DNA of 58,874 bases from an uncultured Rhodothermaceae bacterium (lineage in GTDB: Bacteria; Bacteroidota; Rhodothermia; Rhodothermales; Bin80), in the NCBI GenBank assembly GCA_964639665.1, contig CAZXEU010000089.1, positions 1 to 58,874 on the forward strand, in the 5' to 3' direction. Below the pieces are notes generated by a model. That model was not told where the DNA came from and did no database searches. It saw nothing but the letters and a program-made list of their open reading frames with translations. Made by a program: the position numbers and the translations under genes. Within the stretch, counting starts at the first letter, position 1, and every line of letters begins with the position of its first letter. Of this stretch, positions 9,887 to 19,396 are shown one piece after another.

Positions 9887-10503
9887 TGGTGTCCGCGGAA
9901 GCGGAGGGAACCGTCCACCGTGCTTCCGCATTCGGAAACATTCCATTTGCACGCTCATTGGGAAATCTGCACCGCACCAGTTACGGCTCGCTTATGGGAA
10001 GCGGATACCACGGCGAAATTCCGGGGGACAGGGTATTGACGGGCGATTCTTCGACCCCGTGTCTGGACGAATTGCTCTGTGAATATGTGGATGGCACCAT
10101 GGACCGCGTGGTGCGCACCGCCTTCGAGGAATGCATGACAAATGATGCATGCCTCGCGCAACTCGTGGAGCGGCTCCGGTGCATGCGACTGTTGCTCTGC
10201 CAGCACAGATGTCGCGCACCCCGCGACCTGCAGTCCCGGATACTGGAGCGCTTGCAGCGTGAGCTTGTCGTTTCCGCCGACCCGGCGCCTGAACCCTCAC
10301 CGGGCTTTGTCAGGGCGGGCTCCGTGATTGTAGCGCTGTTAATGGCCGGAGTACTGGCGGGAGTGTCCTGGCTCGGTTCTTCCGACAGAACCGAATCCTA
10401 TCCGGTCTACGTTTCCGATACCGGAATCCCGTCCGCCGGTATGGAGGTCATGAGGCAGCCCGAGTACCCGAATCCTGCCGAAGTTGCTGCAAAGGGCCCT
10501 TAG
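9886..10503 (+). CDS. hypothetical single-pass membrane protein with degenerate anti-sigma (zf-HC2-like) N-terminal region
   Basis: The start ATG shares one nucleotide with the holA stop (TGATG). CLDELLCEYVDGTMDRVVRTAFEECMTNDACLAQL resembles the anti-sigma zf-HC2 motif, but Glu replaces the His. One TM helix is present (VIVALLMAGVLAGVSWLG). The last 10 nt overlap tRNA-Val. Confidence 0.5.
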   Translation: MVSAEAEGTVHRASAFGNIPFARSLGNLHRTSYGSLMGSGYHGEIPGDRVLTGDSSTPCLDELLCEYVDGTMDRVVRTAFEECMTNDACLAQLVERLRCMRLLLCQHRCRAPRDLQSRILERLQRELVVSADPAPEPSPGFVRAGSVIVALLMAGVLAGVSWLGSSDRTESYPVYVSDTGIPSAGMEVMRQPEYPNPAEVAAKGP

Positions 10504-10567
10504 CTCAGTGGTTTAGAGCGCTCGCCTCACACGCGAGAGGTCACAGGTTCGAATCCCGTAGGGCCCA
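10494..10567 (+). tRNA. tRNA-Val (anticodon CAC)
   Basis: Hand-folded cloverleaf. Acceptor GGGCCCT/AGGGCCC; D arm GCTC-AGTGGTTTA-GAGC; anticodon arm CTCGC-CTCACAC-GCGAG (CAC at positions 34-36). Variable loop AGGTC; T arm ACAGG-TTCGAAT-CCCGT with one A.C mismatch; discriminator A. CCA is not encoded. Confidence 0.9.
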
Positions 10568-10613
10568 CAGTATGCCAGGCGTGTCTGTTCCGCTCACCGA
10601 ACTGATCAGAAAT

Positions 10614-12965
10614 ATGCATAACTGCAAAAGAGCATTGTTACTGGTAATGGCCACGGCGTGCCTGCCCGGATTGGCTTGGTCCCAGTCCTTTTTCCAGGCC
10701 GATCCTCCGGTCGCTGCGGCGTTTGGAGGCTCTCTTGCCGCGTGGCAGGACTGGTACTTTGTCGGGGAGCCTGTGAGCTTCAGGCATCCGGGTCGCGTGC
10801 ACATTTACCATCTCGGCGAGGAAGGGACCTGGCAGCAGTCTGCCACGCTCGAGGGGGCGCTCATGGATAGCGGCTTCGGAACAGCACTTTCCGCTGGCGG
10901 CGGCGCGCTTCTCGTCGCGGAAGCGGGTGCGGTGCAGAGTTATTTCCTGGAGGATGGATCCTGGACGGCCGCTGCCGGTCTGGCTGGCAGCGAACTGACT
11001 GCGGCAGCCAGATTCGGGATGGCGGTTGCGACGGACGGTGAGCTGGCTTTTGTCGGTGCGCCTGGAGAAAGTGGCGGCGCGGGTGCCGTGTATGTTTTCG
11101 AGCGTGGCGACGCGGGTTGGACACTGGATGTCAAACTCGAGCCGCAAAACGGAGAGCGGAGCTTCGGCAGTTCCCTGGCATGGTCGCAAGGTCTTTTGCT
11201 GGTCGGCGCACCGGGTAGCGAAGCGGGGTCGGCCACGCTCTTCGGTCGCGATGGCACAAGCGGGGAGTTCTTCGTTTCGGCGAGCTTTGCCGGAAGCGAC
11301 GTGGAGGCAAGCCGCAGCTTCGGCAGCGCGGTCCACCTGTACAGGCGCCTTGCGGTAATTGGAGCGCCGCAGGACCGGCGCCTGAGCGGGTCCGTGCACG
11401 TATTTGAAGGCGCGGAAGGCAACTGGACGCATAGCGGTACCATTGCGCCGGTGGAACAGGAGGCCCGCAGCATGTTCGGCACGGCAGTGCAAGTACGCGG
11501 CGACGATATCTGGATTGGTGCGCCGGGTGCCGGCGGCGGCGTGTACCGGTATGCACGCCGGGAGGAACCAGGCGCCTGGCATAAGCTGCAGGAGTGGAGT
11601 CCGGAATCCGGCCGCACGTCCGACCGGCTTGGCAGCACGGTGGCTGCCGGCGCGAATGTGGTGCTGGCGGGCGCGCCCGGAACCGACTATGGTCTGGGAA
11701 ACGTGATGGTGCTGCAAAGGACAACGGACGGAACCTGGCAGAGTGCGGATGCGCTGGCCAGTGACGTTACGCTTGTGGAGGCCATTTCCGGTGCGCAGAT
11801 CGACTGCGAAGACGGCACTGCTGCCTCGTTTTCCTGTTCGGAGATGGATCTCGTGTCGTTCCTTCCGCTTCAGGAAATGGGTGCAGCCAGGGGCGTGCGC
11901 CTCAATGATGTGTGGGGCTGGACCGATCCGGAATCGGGCAGGGAATACGCGCTGGTGGGCCACCTTGAGGGCGCCGTGTTCGTGGACGTGAGCGATGCGT
12001 CCCGCCCCATATACCTGGGCCAGCTGCCGCGCACCGAAGGATCGCCGGGCAGCACATGGCGAGACATCAAGGTATACAGGGACCACGCGTACATCGTGGC
12101 AGACGGCGCCGGAGCGCACGGCATGCAGGTATTCGACCTGCGGCAACTGCGCAACCTTGCGGAAACGCCGGTGACCTTCGAGGCCACCGTGCACTATGAC
12201 CTGATCCACAGCGCGCACAACATTGTGATCGATGAGGAAACCGGCTTTGCCTTCGCGGTAGGAGCCAGCGGCGGCGGGGAAAGCTGCGGCGGAGGGCTTC
12301 ACATGATCGACATTCGTGAGCCGCAGATGCCGGCGTTTGCCGGCTGCTTTGCCGATCCGACTACCGGGCGGCGCAAGACCGGCTATTCGCACGACGCGCA
12401 GTGCGTCGTGTACCGCGGCCCGGACACGGAGCATCTCGGTAAGCAGATTTGCGTGGGAGCCAACGAGACCGCCATCAGCATCGCGGACGTAACGGACAAG
12501 GAAAACCCGGTAGCCATCGGATCCGGCTCCTATCCGGATGCGGGCTATGTCCACCAGGGCTGGCTTTCGGAGGATCAGCGGTATTTTTATCAGAATGACG
12601 AAACAGACGAGCTCTCCGGCAAGGCGGAGCGCACGCGGACCCTTGTCTGGGACGTGAGCGATCTCGACGATCCCGTAATGGTCAAGGAGTTTTTTGGTCC
12701 CACGTCGGCCACGGATCACAATCTGTACGTACACGGCCAGTTGATGTACCAGACCAACAATGCCAGCGGGCTGAGGGTACTCGATATCTCCGATCCCGAA
12801 GATCCGGTTGAAGTCGGATTCTTCGACACCACGCCGTACGGCACAGACGAGGCAGGCTTCAACGGCACGTGGAGCAGTTATCCCTACTTTGACAGCGGCA
12901 TCGTAGTCGTGACCAGCCGCCGCGAAGGACTCTTCATCGTCAGGCGGCGCACGGTGGACACGTAA
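10614..12965 (+). CDS. secreted fusion protein: seven FG-GAP-like (integrin-alpha-type) propeller repeats followed by a choice-of-anchor B / LVIVD domain
   Basis: Signal peptide MHNCKRALLLVMATACLPGLAWSQ. Seven repeats have the form FGxxxAxxGxxxxVGAPG...G.VYVF, for example FGMAVATDGELAFVGAPGESGGAGAVYVFE, FGSSLAWSQGLLLVGAPG and FGTAVQVRGDDIWIGAPG. The C-terminal half (NDVWGWTDPESGREYALVG, IDEETGFAFAVGA, YSHDAQCVVYRGPD) is colinear with 954..2513. No T9SS domain is present. Confidence 0.8.
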   Translation: MHNCKRALLLVMATACLPGLAWSQSFFQADPPVAAAFGGSLAAWQDWYFVGEPVSFRHPGRVHIYHLGEEGTWQQSATLEGALMDSGFGTALSAGGGALLVAEAGAVQSYFLEDGSWTAAAGLAGSELTAAARFGMAVATDGELAFVGAPGESGGAGAVYVFERGDAGWTLDVKLEPQNGERSFGSSLAWSQGLLLVGAPGSEAGSATLFGRDGTSGEFFVSASFAGSDVEASRSFGSAVHLYRRLAVIGAPQDRRLSGSVHVFEGAEGNWTHSGTIAPVEQEARSMFGTAVQVRGDDIWIGAPGAGGGVYRYARREEPGAWHKLQEWSPESGRTSDRLGSTVAAGANVVLAGAPGTDYGLGNVMVLQRTTDGTWQSADALASDVTLVEAISGAQIDCEDGTAASFSCSEMDLVSFLPLQEMGAARGVRLNDVWGWTDPESGREYALVGHLEGAVFVDVSDASRPIYLGQLPRTEGSPGSTWRDIKVYRDHAYIVADGAGAHGMQVFDLRQLRNLAETPVTFEATVHYDLIHSAHNIVIDEETGFAFAVGASGGGESCGGGLHMIDIREPQMPAFAGCFADPTTGRRKTGYSHDAQCVVYRGPDTEHLGKQICVGANETAISIADVTDKENPVAIGSGSYPDAGYVHQGWLSEDQRYFYQNDETDELSGKAERTRTLVWDVSDLDDPVMVKEFFGPTSATDHNLYVHGQLMYQTNNASGLRVLDISDPEDPVEVGFFDTTPYGTDEAGFNGTWSSYPYFDSGIVVVTSRREGLFIVRRRTVDT

Positions 12966-12972
12966 ACCCGCC

Positions 12973-15354
12973 ATGCGCACTGCTGCTGCCATCCTGGCAC
13001 TTTCGATTCTTGGGGCCTGCGAGCGGACGCCGCGCACGTACGACGTGGTGATATACGGAGGAACGGCAGCCGCGGTCGCGGCCGCGGTCACGGCCAGTCG
13101 CCTCGGCATGGATGTCGTCGTAGTGAGCCCGGACGTTCACGTCGGTGGATTGACATCGGGAGGACTGGGCTGGACGGACACGGGCCGAAAGGACGCAATA
13201 GGCGGCGTGGCACGCGAGTTCTACGGGCGCATCAAGGCACACTACGACCGGCAGGACGCCTGGACATTCGAGGCCGCATCGGGTTTTGACCGCTATGACG
13301 GGGATGCAGACGCCATGTGGGTTTTTGAGCCGCACGTGGCGGAACAGGTTCTGGAGGCCATGCTGGAGGAGGCTGGCGTACACGTGGTGCGTGACGCGTG
13401 GCTGGATCGAGAGGGCGGCGTCAGTGCGGACGGCGCGCGGCTCACAGCCATAACAACGCTCGGCGGGCAGCGCTTCCGGGGCAGGATGTTCATTGATGCT
13501 ACCTACGAGGGAGACCTCATGGCATCCGCGGGAGTCACCTACACGGTGGGACGGGAAGGCAACGCGGCATACGGAGAAACCCTGAACGGAGTTCAGGCGG
13601 CGCACGCGACCCAGCACCAGTTCAATGCGGACATCAGTCCGTTCGTGGAGCCGGACAATCCGGCAAGCGGGCTATTACCCCGTATTCATGACGGTGGACC
13701 GGGCACGGAGGGAGCCGGAGACGACCGTGTCCAGGCCTACAATTTCCGCATGTGCCTGACCGACGCGCCTCAAAACCGTGTGCCATTTGAAAAGCCGGAA
13801 GCTTACGATCCCCTGCAGTACGAACTCCTGGCACGGTACCTGGATACGGGATGGCGCGGCGTTTTCGGGAAGTTCGATCCGGTGCCGAACCGCAAGACTG
13901 ACACCAATAACCACGGTGCCTTTTCCACGGACAATATCGGCATGAATTACCGCTACCCCGAGGCTTCCTATGAAGAGCGTCGGAACATAGTAGCGGAACA
14001 TGCCGCCTATCAGAAGGGGCTCATGTGGTTTCTCTCCCACGATGAGCGTGTGCCCGGTGATGTGCGCGCCGAGATGAGCAAATGGGGCCTGGCCGCGGAC
14101 GAGTTTGCGGACAACGGCCACTGGCCCCGCCAGTTATACGTGCGCGAGGCCCGCCGCATGGTGAGCAGCTTTGTCATGACAGAGCGCCATCTGCGGCGTC
14201 ACGACCCCACTCCTATGCCTGTCGGCATGGGATCCTACAACATGGATTCCCACAACGTCCAGCGCTACGTGGATGCTCGCGGCTTTGCCCGCAACGAGGG
14301 AGACATCCAGGTAAATCCCGGCGCGCCCTACCCGATAAGCTACGCCGCCATAGTGCCCAGGCAGGAAGAGGGGGAGAATCTGCTGGTGCCGGTTGCGGTT
14401 TCGTCGTCCCACATCGCATACGGCTCCATCCGCATGGAGCCGGTCTTCATGATACTGGGCCAGTCGGCCGCCACGGCGGCGGCCCTGGCCATTGGAGCGG
14501 GCACTTCGGTGCAGTCTATAGACTACGAGGTGCTGCGCCGGCATCTACTTGAGGCCGGCCAAGTCCTGGAACTGCGTGAAGACTGGCAGCAATTGTTCAA
14601 CGGCCGGGACCTCTCCGGCTGGGACGTCAAGATTGCAGGGCACGAGCTGGGAGACAACTTCGGGCAAACCTACCGCGTGGAGGACGGTCTCCTGAAAGTT
14701 CGCTACGACGGCTACGACAGCTTTGACAGGCGATTTGGCTACCTGTTTTATCGGGAGCCGTTCTCGCATTACAGACTGGCCGTGGAATATCGGTTTGTCG
14801 GGGAGCAGGCGCCGGGCCACCCCGGCGCCTGGGCTTACCGCAACAGCGGCATCATGGTGCACGGGCAGCCGGCAGAAACCATGTTGAGGGACCAGAACTT
14901 TCCCGTATCGCTGGAAGTGCAGCTGCTGGGCGGCGACGGAGTAGATGCCAGATCGACGGCAAACCTGTGCACGCCCGGGACGCATGTGCACATGGAAGGC
15001 GAATTGGTGACGGAAGAGTGCATCAGGTCCACATCAAGGACCTATCACGGCGACGTCTGGGTGCGGGCGGAGGTTCTGGTGCTGGCAGATTCTCTCGTGC
15101 GTCACTTCGTGGACGGCGTTCAGGTATTTGAATACACCGCTCCGACGTACGGCGGCGGCATGGTTAACGTATTCGAGCCGGCCGTTAAGCCGGACGGGGC
15201 CCCGGTGACCTCCGGCACGATTTCGCTGCAGAGCGAAAGCCATCCCCTTGATATCCGGAAAGTGGAGATTCTTGACCTGGCGGGCTGCATGGACCCCGGA
15301 TCGCCGTCCTACAGATCCTACTATGTCGCCTCGGATCCGAACGATTGCAGGTAG
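12973..15354 (+). CDS. lipoprotein: FAD-dependent oxidoreductase domain fused to a C-terminal DUF1080 (3-keto-disaccharide hydrolase-like) domain
   Basis: Lipoprotein signal ILALSILGAC. The dinucleotide-binding motif is YDVVIYGGTAAAVAAAVTASRLG...GGLTSGGLGWTD. The C-terminal WQQLFNGRDLSGWDVKIAG...YRVEDGLLKV...GTISLQSESHPLDIRKVEI is DUF1080-like. Confidence 0.75.
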   Translation: MRTAAAILALSILGACERTPRTYDVVIYGGTAAAVAAAVTASRLGMDVVVVSPDVHVGGLTSGGLGWTDTGRKDAIGGVAREFYGRIKAHYDRQDAWTFEAASGFDRYDGDADAMWVFEPHVAEQVLEAMLEEAGVHVVRDAWLDREGGVSADGARLTAITTLGGQRFRGRMFIDATYEGDLMASAGVTYTVGREGNAAYGETLNGVQAAHATQHQFNADISPFVEPDNPASGLLPRIHDGGPGTEGAGDDRVQAYNFRMCLTDAPQNRVPFEKPEAYDPLQYELLARYLDTGWRGVFGKFDPVPNRKTDTNNHGAFSTDNIGMNYRYPEASYEERRNIVAEHAAYQKGLMWFLSHDERVPGDVRAEMSKWGLAADEFADNGHWPRQLYVREARRMVSSFVMTERHLRRHDPTPMPVGMGSYNMDSHNVQRYVDARGFARNEGDIQVNPGAPYPISYAAIVPRQEEGENLLVPVAVSSSHIAYGSIRMEPVFMILGQSAATAAALAIGAGTSVQSIDYEVLRRHLLEAGQVLELREDWQQLFNGRDLSGWDVKIAGHELGDNFGQTYRVEDGLLKVRYDGYDSFDRRFGYLFYREPFSHYRLAVEYRFVGEQAPGHPGAWAYRNSGIMVHGQPAETMLRDQNFPVSLEVQLLGGDGVDARSTANLCTPGTHVHMEGELVTEECIRSTSRTYHGDVWVRAEVLVLADSLVRHFVDGVQVFEYTAPTYGGGMVNVFEPAVKPDGAPVTSGTISLQSESHPLDIRKVEILDLAGCMDPGSPSYRSYYVASDPNDCR

Positions 15355-15469
15355 ATCCAGCGCCGTGCCTTAGGTCTGCGGGATCATTTGCCATTTCACG
15401 TGTGTTTCCTGAAGCCGCCTTTCTGAAGCCGATACCCAGCCCCTTTTTCGAGACCCCACGACCGTAGAG

Positions 15470-16309
15470 ATGTACGTCCCGCGTCGCCAGCGCATGCTCG
15501 ACCAGTATCTGAAGGAGATCGGACAGATCGATCTTGTTACTCCTGCAGAAGAAGCCGAGCTGGCCCGGCGAATCAAGCAGGGGGACGAGGAAGCGCTGCT
15601 GAAACTGACCCGTGTCAACCTGCGCTTTGTCGTGTCCGTGGCAAAAAAATATCAGGGGCAGGGATTGCACCTCACAGACCTGATCAATGAGGGCAACTAC
15701 GGTCTGATCAAGGCGGCCAAGCGGTTTGATGAAACCAGGGGATTCAAGTTCATTTCCTATGCCGTGTGGTGGATTCGGCAGGCGATACTGCAAGCGCTTG
15801 CCGAGCAGGGCCGGGTAGTGCGTCTACCGCTCAACAGGATCGGGACAATTAGCAAGATCAGGAAGATGAGCGCGCGGCTGGCTCAGCGGCACGAGCGCCT
15901 GCCTAACCTGGAAGAGCTGGCAAACGAGCTCGACATTGATGTCGAGAAGGTTCGGGAGGCCATGCAGCACACGGGACGGCACCTGTCCATGGATGCGCCC
16001 TTCAATGAGGACGACGACAACAGCTTGCTGGACGTGCTGCCCAGTAACGAAGGTGTAGCACCGGACGAGCCGCTGCTGGATGAATCAGTAAAGATAGATA
16101 TCGAGGCTGCCCTGGCCATGCTGCATCCGCGCGAGGCAGAGATTACCCGGCTCTACTTCGGAATCGGCCGGGAGCACCCGCTGACGCTTGAAGAGATCGG
16201 GCAACGATTCGGTCTGACCCGAGAGCGGGTACGGCAGATTAAGGAGAAGGCCCTGCGCAAGCTGCGACAGAAGCATCGCAGGGAGGAACTGAAGGCCCAC
16301 ATCGGCTGA
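15470..16309 (+). CDS. rpoD: primary RNA polymerase sigma factor (short Bacteroidota-type sigma-70)
   Basis: Region 2 is [57 protein letters not shown]. Region 4.2 is [29 protein letters not shown]. At 279 aa it lacks region 1.1 and a non-conserved insert. Confidence 0.9.
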   Translation: MYVPRRQRMLDQYLKEIGQIDLVTPAEEAELARRIKQGDEEALLKLTRVNLRFVVSVAKKYQGQGLHLTDLINEGNYGLIKAAKRFDETRGFKFISYAVWWIRQAILQALAEQGRVVRLPLNRIGTISKIRKMSARLAQRHERLPNLEELANELDIDVEKVREAMQHTGRHLSMDAPFNEDDDNSLLDVLPSNEGVAPDEPLLDESVKIDIEAALAMLHPREAEITRLYFGIGREHPLTLEEIGQRFGLTRERVRQIKEKALRKLRQKHRREELKAHIG

Positions 16310-16514
16310 CGGGCAGGTGGTGAGTGACCCGGAATGACCAGGGAGGCGAGTTCGTCAAAGCCGGGCAGCGTGCTACTGCGTCCGCAGTTGCTGCCGATGC
16401 GACCCCTTTCGTAACACCGCGCCGCATTCCCCGTAATGACCATTCTAGGGATGGCACTTAACAGGCGCCGGCGATAGCGGGCCACTACCCCTGGACAATC
16501 CCCCGGACAGACTC

Positions 16515-17927
16515 ATGCCTGACAGTTTCGGTCAAGTTCGCCGCAATTCGAGCCGCTACTTTTGCCGGTGGCCTGCCGCGCTCGTGGCGCTCGCATTCAT
16601 GTCGTCTGCGGCTGCGGCGCAGGATGTGCAGCAGATTACCTTCAACGATGCGGTCCGCATTGCGCTGGACAACAACGTACAGCTCCGGCGCGCGGCCAAC
16701 ACGGTTCGTGCGCAGGAGAACTTGGTGCGCAGTTCCAGGGCCGCCTTCCTGCCCAGCCTGAATCTCTCCTCGGGCTCTTCCCGCTACTATGGTCTGAACT
16801 TCGACCAGATAACAGGCGACCTGGTTACGGTTTCAAGTGACCGTGTTTCGCTGAGTGCATTTTCGAGCATAACGCTTTTCCAGGGTTTCCGCGAATTTGC
16901 CGCGCTCGCACAGGCGCGCATGGACCTGGCGGCGAGCGACCTGACGCATGAGCGCCAGCGCCAGACCGTGGTGTTCCTCGTGATGACGCAATTTCTGGAC
17001 CTCATGCAGAGCCGGGAGGAAATCGCCATCCAGGAGGAGAACCTTGCCGCGCAGCAGCAGCTGCTGACGCAAGTCGAGGAATTCGTGCGCGTGGGCACGC
17101 GGCCCATGGCAGATCTGTATCAACAGCAGGCACAAACGGCGAACGCGGAATTGCTTCTCCTGGGTGCCGAGCGCAGCGTGAGGTTGGCGGAAACGCGGCT
17201 TATCCAGACGCTGTACCTGGATCCGTACGGTACGTACGAATTCGTGAGCCCGGACCTGAGCGAGATGCCGCTGGTGCCTGAGGCCTTTGAAATTGGCGGC
17301 TTGCTTACCAGTGCATTCGAAAGAAGGCTGGACTTGCGCGCGCAGGAGTCTCGAATCGGGGCCTCCGAAGAGGGCATACGCTTCGCTCGCGGCAGCAGGT
17401 TGCCGTCCGTGAGCTTCTCTGGCAGCGCCGGCACCAGTTATTCCAGCGCGCAGCGGCAAAGGGGATTCGGACCCGACGCCGATATCGTCCCGTTTGCGGA
17501 CCAGTTTCGGGACAACCGGTCCCAGAATATCGGACTGAATCTAAGTCTGCCACTATTCAACCGGCTTCGCACCCGGGTGCAAGTGCAGCAGGCCCAGATA
17601 AATCTGAACAACGCGCAGCTGGACCTTGACAATCTTCGACACGACATCGCAGTGGAAGTGCGCCAGGCCTATCTCGAATACGTCAATGACGAAAAGAACC
17701 TCGATGTCACCGAGATACAGCTGCAGTCTGCAGAACAGGCCTTGCAGGCGGAGCAGGAGCGCTACAACGTCGGTGCAAGCACGCTCGTGGAGCTTTCCCA
17801 GGCGCGCGCCAACTATGTCCGGTCCCTGAGCGACCGGTCGAATGCCCGCTTCAATTTCCTGTTTCGCAAGCGGCTTATCGAATACTACACAGGAGTGCTG
17901 GATCCCGGTCGTCCCCTTTTTGAATAG
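16515..17927 (+). CDS. TolC-family outer-membrane efflux protein
   Basis: 470 aa with a signal peptide ending AAAAQD. ITFNDAVRIALDNNVQLR is a typical OEP start, and the two-repeat helical/beta architecture ends ...RLIEYYTGVL. Confidence 0.8.
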   Translation: MPDSFGQVRRNSSRYFCRWPAALVALAFMSSAAAAQDVQQITFNDAVRIALDNNVQLRRAANTVRAQENLVRSSRAAFLPSLNLSSGSSRYYGLNFDQITGDLVTVSSDRVSLSAFSSITLFQGFREFAALAQARMDLAASDLTHERQRQTVVFLVMTQFLDLMQSREEIAIQEENLAAQQQLLTQVEEFVRVGTRPMADLYQQQAQTANAELLLLGAERSVRLAETRLIQTLYLDPYGTYEFVSPDLSEMPLVPEAFEIGGLLTSAFERRLDLRAQESRIGASEEGIRFARGSRLPSVSFSGSAGTSYSSAQRQRGFGPDADIVPFADQFRDNRSQNIGLNLSLPLFNRLRTRVQVQQAQINLNNAQLDLDNLRHDIAVEVRQAYLEYVNDEKNLDVTEIQLQSAEQALQAEQERYNVGASTLVELSQARANYVRSLSDRSNARFNFLFRKRLIEYYTGVLDPGRPLFE

Positions 17928-17965
17928 CACCTCGCGAAGCGGGGCCATTCCGAACCAACCATACC

Positions 17966-19366
17966 ATGGCCAAGAAAAAAGGCAGATCACGTCGGTTAAT
18001 GTTCATACTGTTGGCCGCTTTGGTTCTGGTCATGGTGCTGGGCGTGGTTGCGGCGCGATTCCTGAATGGATCGGAGAAGGCAGAGACCGTCGATATCGCC
18101 GAGGCGGAAATCCGGACCCTGACGCAGGTGGTTACGGCATCTGGCAGAGCCCAGCCGGAGGTGGAAATCGTTATCAGCCCGGATGTATCGGGCGAGATCA
18201 TTGAATTGACCGTCATCGAGGGACAGCAAGTGCGGCAGGGCGAGCTGCTGGCGCGCATCAAGCCGGATTTTTATCGCGCTCAGGTGGAACAGGCCGAAGC
18301 CAATGTGTCCCAGAACCAGGCGTTCATGGCACAGCGGACAGCCGATCTGCTCAACGCCGAGCAGGATCTGGCGCGGCAGCGGAGGCTCTTCGAAAACCAG
18401 GTCATTGCGGAGGATCTGTATCAGCAGTCCCAGACCCAGCACGAAATCGCCAGTGCGGCGCTAGATGCGGCCAAGTTCTCGGTGGAGAGCTCCGAGGCCC
18501 GGCTGCGCGAAAGCAGGGAGCAGCTCAGCAAGACCGTGCTTTACTCGCCCATGGCCGGCACCATAAGCAAACTCAACGTGGAATTGGGAGAGCGCGTGGT
18601 TGGCACCACGCAAATGGCCGGAACGGAAATGATGACCGTAGCCCGGCTGGAGCAGATGGAGCTTGAGGTAGATGTCAACGAAAACGACGTGGTAAACGTC
18701 ACACTGGGTGATTCTGCGGCCATTGAGATTGATGCGTATCCGGATCGCCTCTTCAAGGGCGTGGTGACGGAAATCGCGAATTCGGCCCGGCTCCTCGGTG
18801 CCGGCTCCCAGGAGCAAGTCACGAATTTTCCGGTCAAGATCCGCATTATCGACCCGCACAACGCCGAGGCACGCCTGGCGGCGGGCAATCTTGCCGGCCT
18901 TGCGGAGGAGAGCCCCGTGGCGGAGGACTATCCCAGCTTCCGCCCGGGCATGAGCGGGACCGTGGACATATTCACGGAAACGGTGGCGGATGTGGTAGCC
19001 GTGCCCATCCAGGCCATTACCGTTCGGGACTTCAATGAGGTCCGGCGCATTGAGGCGCGGCAACAGGCCGGCGACGGCGAGTCTGAGGAAGGAGAAGACG
19101 AAGGGGCAGCGGCTCTGGGCAGCCTGCAGGATGAAGACTTGCGCAAGGCCGTCTTCGTGATGGACGAGGATGACAAGGCCCGGGTAATCGCCGTCGAAAC
19201 CGGTATCGCAGACGATCGCTATATCGCCGTCACCGAAGGCCTCGCGGGCGGCGAGAAAGTCGTAACCGGGCCATACAGTGCCGTTAGTCGTACGCTGCGT
19301 CCCGGGACCGTACTGAAAGCGCGTGGCGGTGGAGGTCAATCGGGGATGGCTTCATCCGAATCCTGA
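17966..19366 (+). CDS. efflux transporter periplasmic adaptor subunit (MacA/HlyD family)
   Basis: N-terminal TM anchor. The lipoyl/barrel motifs are ISPDVSGEIIELTVIEGQQVRQGELLARI and LYSPMAGTISKLNVELGERV, flanking a long coiled coil. The gene sits between tolC and the ABC ATPase. Confidence 0.8.
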   Translation: MAKKKGRSRRLMFILLAALVLVMVLGVVAARFLNGSEKAETVDIAEAEIRTLTQVVTASGRAQPEVEIVISPDVSGEIIELTVIEGQQVRQGELLARIKPDFYRAQVEQAEANVSQNQAFMAQRTADLLNAEQDLARQRRLFENQVIAEDLYQQSQTQHEIASAALDAAKFSVESSEARLRESREQLSKTVLYSPMAGTISKLNVELGERVVGTTQMAGTEMMTVARLEQMELEVDVNENDVVNVTLGDSAAIEIDAYPDRLFKGVVTEIANSARLLGAGSQEQVTNFPVKIRIIDPHNAEARLAAGNLAGLAEESPVAEDYPSFRPGMSGTVDIFTETVADVVAVPIQAITVRDFNEVRRIEARQQAGDGESEEGEDEGAAALGSLQDEDLRKAVFVMDEDDKARVIAVETGIADDRYIAVTEGLAGGEKVVTGPYSAVSRTLRPGTVLKARGGGGQSGMASSES

Positions 19367-19396
19367 CGGCAGCCACGCCAGCATCCAGGAGCACTT

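Noticed and set aside
10494-10700. tRNA-Val as a possible integration site for a genomic island
   Set aside because: There is no integrase, no duplicated tRNA 3' end or direct repeat, and no compositional break downstream. The next gene is a paralog of genes upstream of the tRNA.
10638-13109. 823-aa minus-strand ORF, the longest antisense ORF in the track
   Set aside because: It is entirely antisense to the FG-GAP/choice-of-anchor-B gene and the start of the FAD-oxidoreductase gene, both of which have strong motifs. The translation is low-complexity (R/A/G/P/H) with no recognisable domain.
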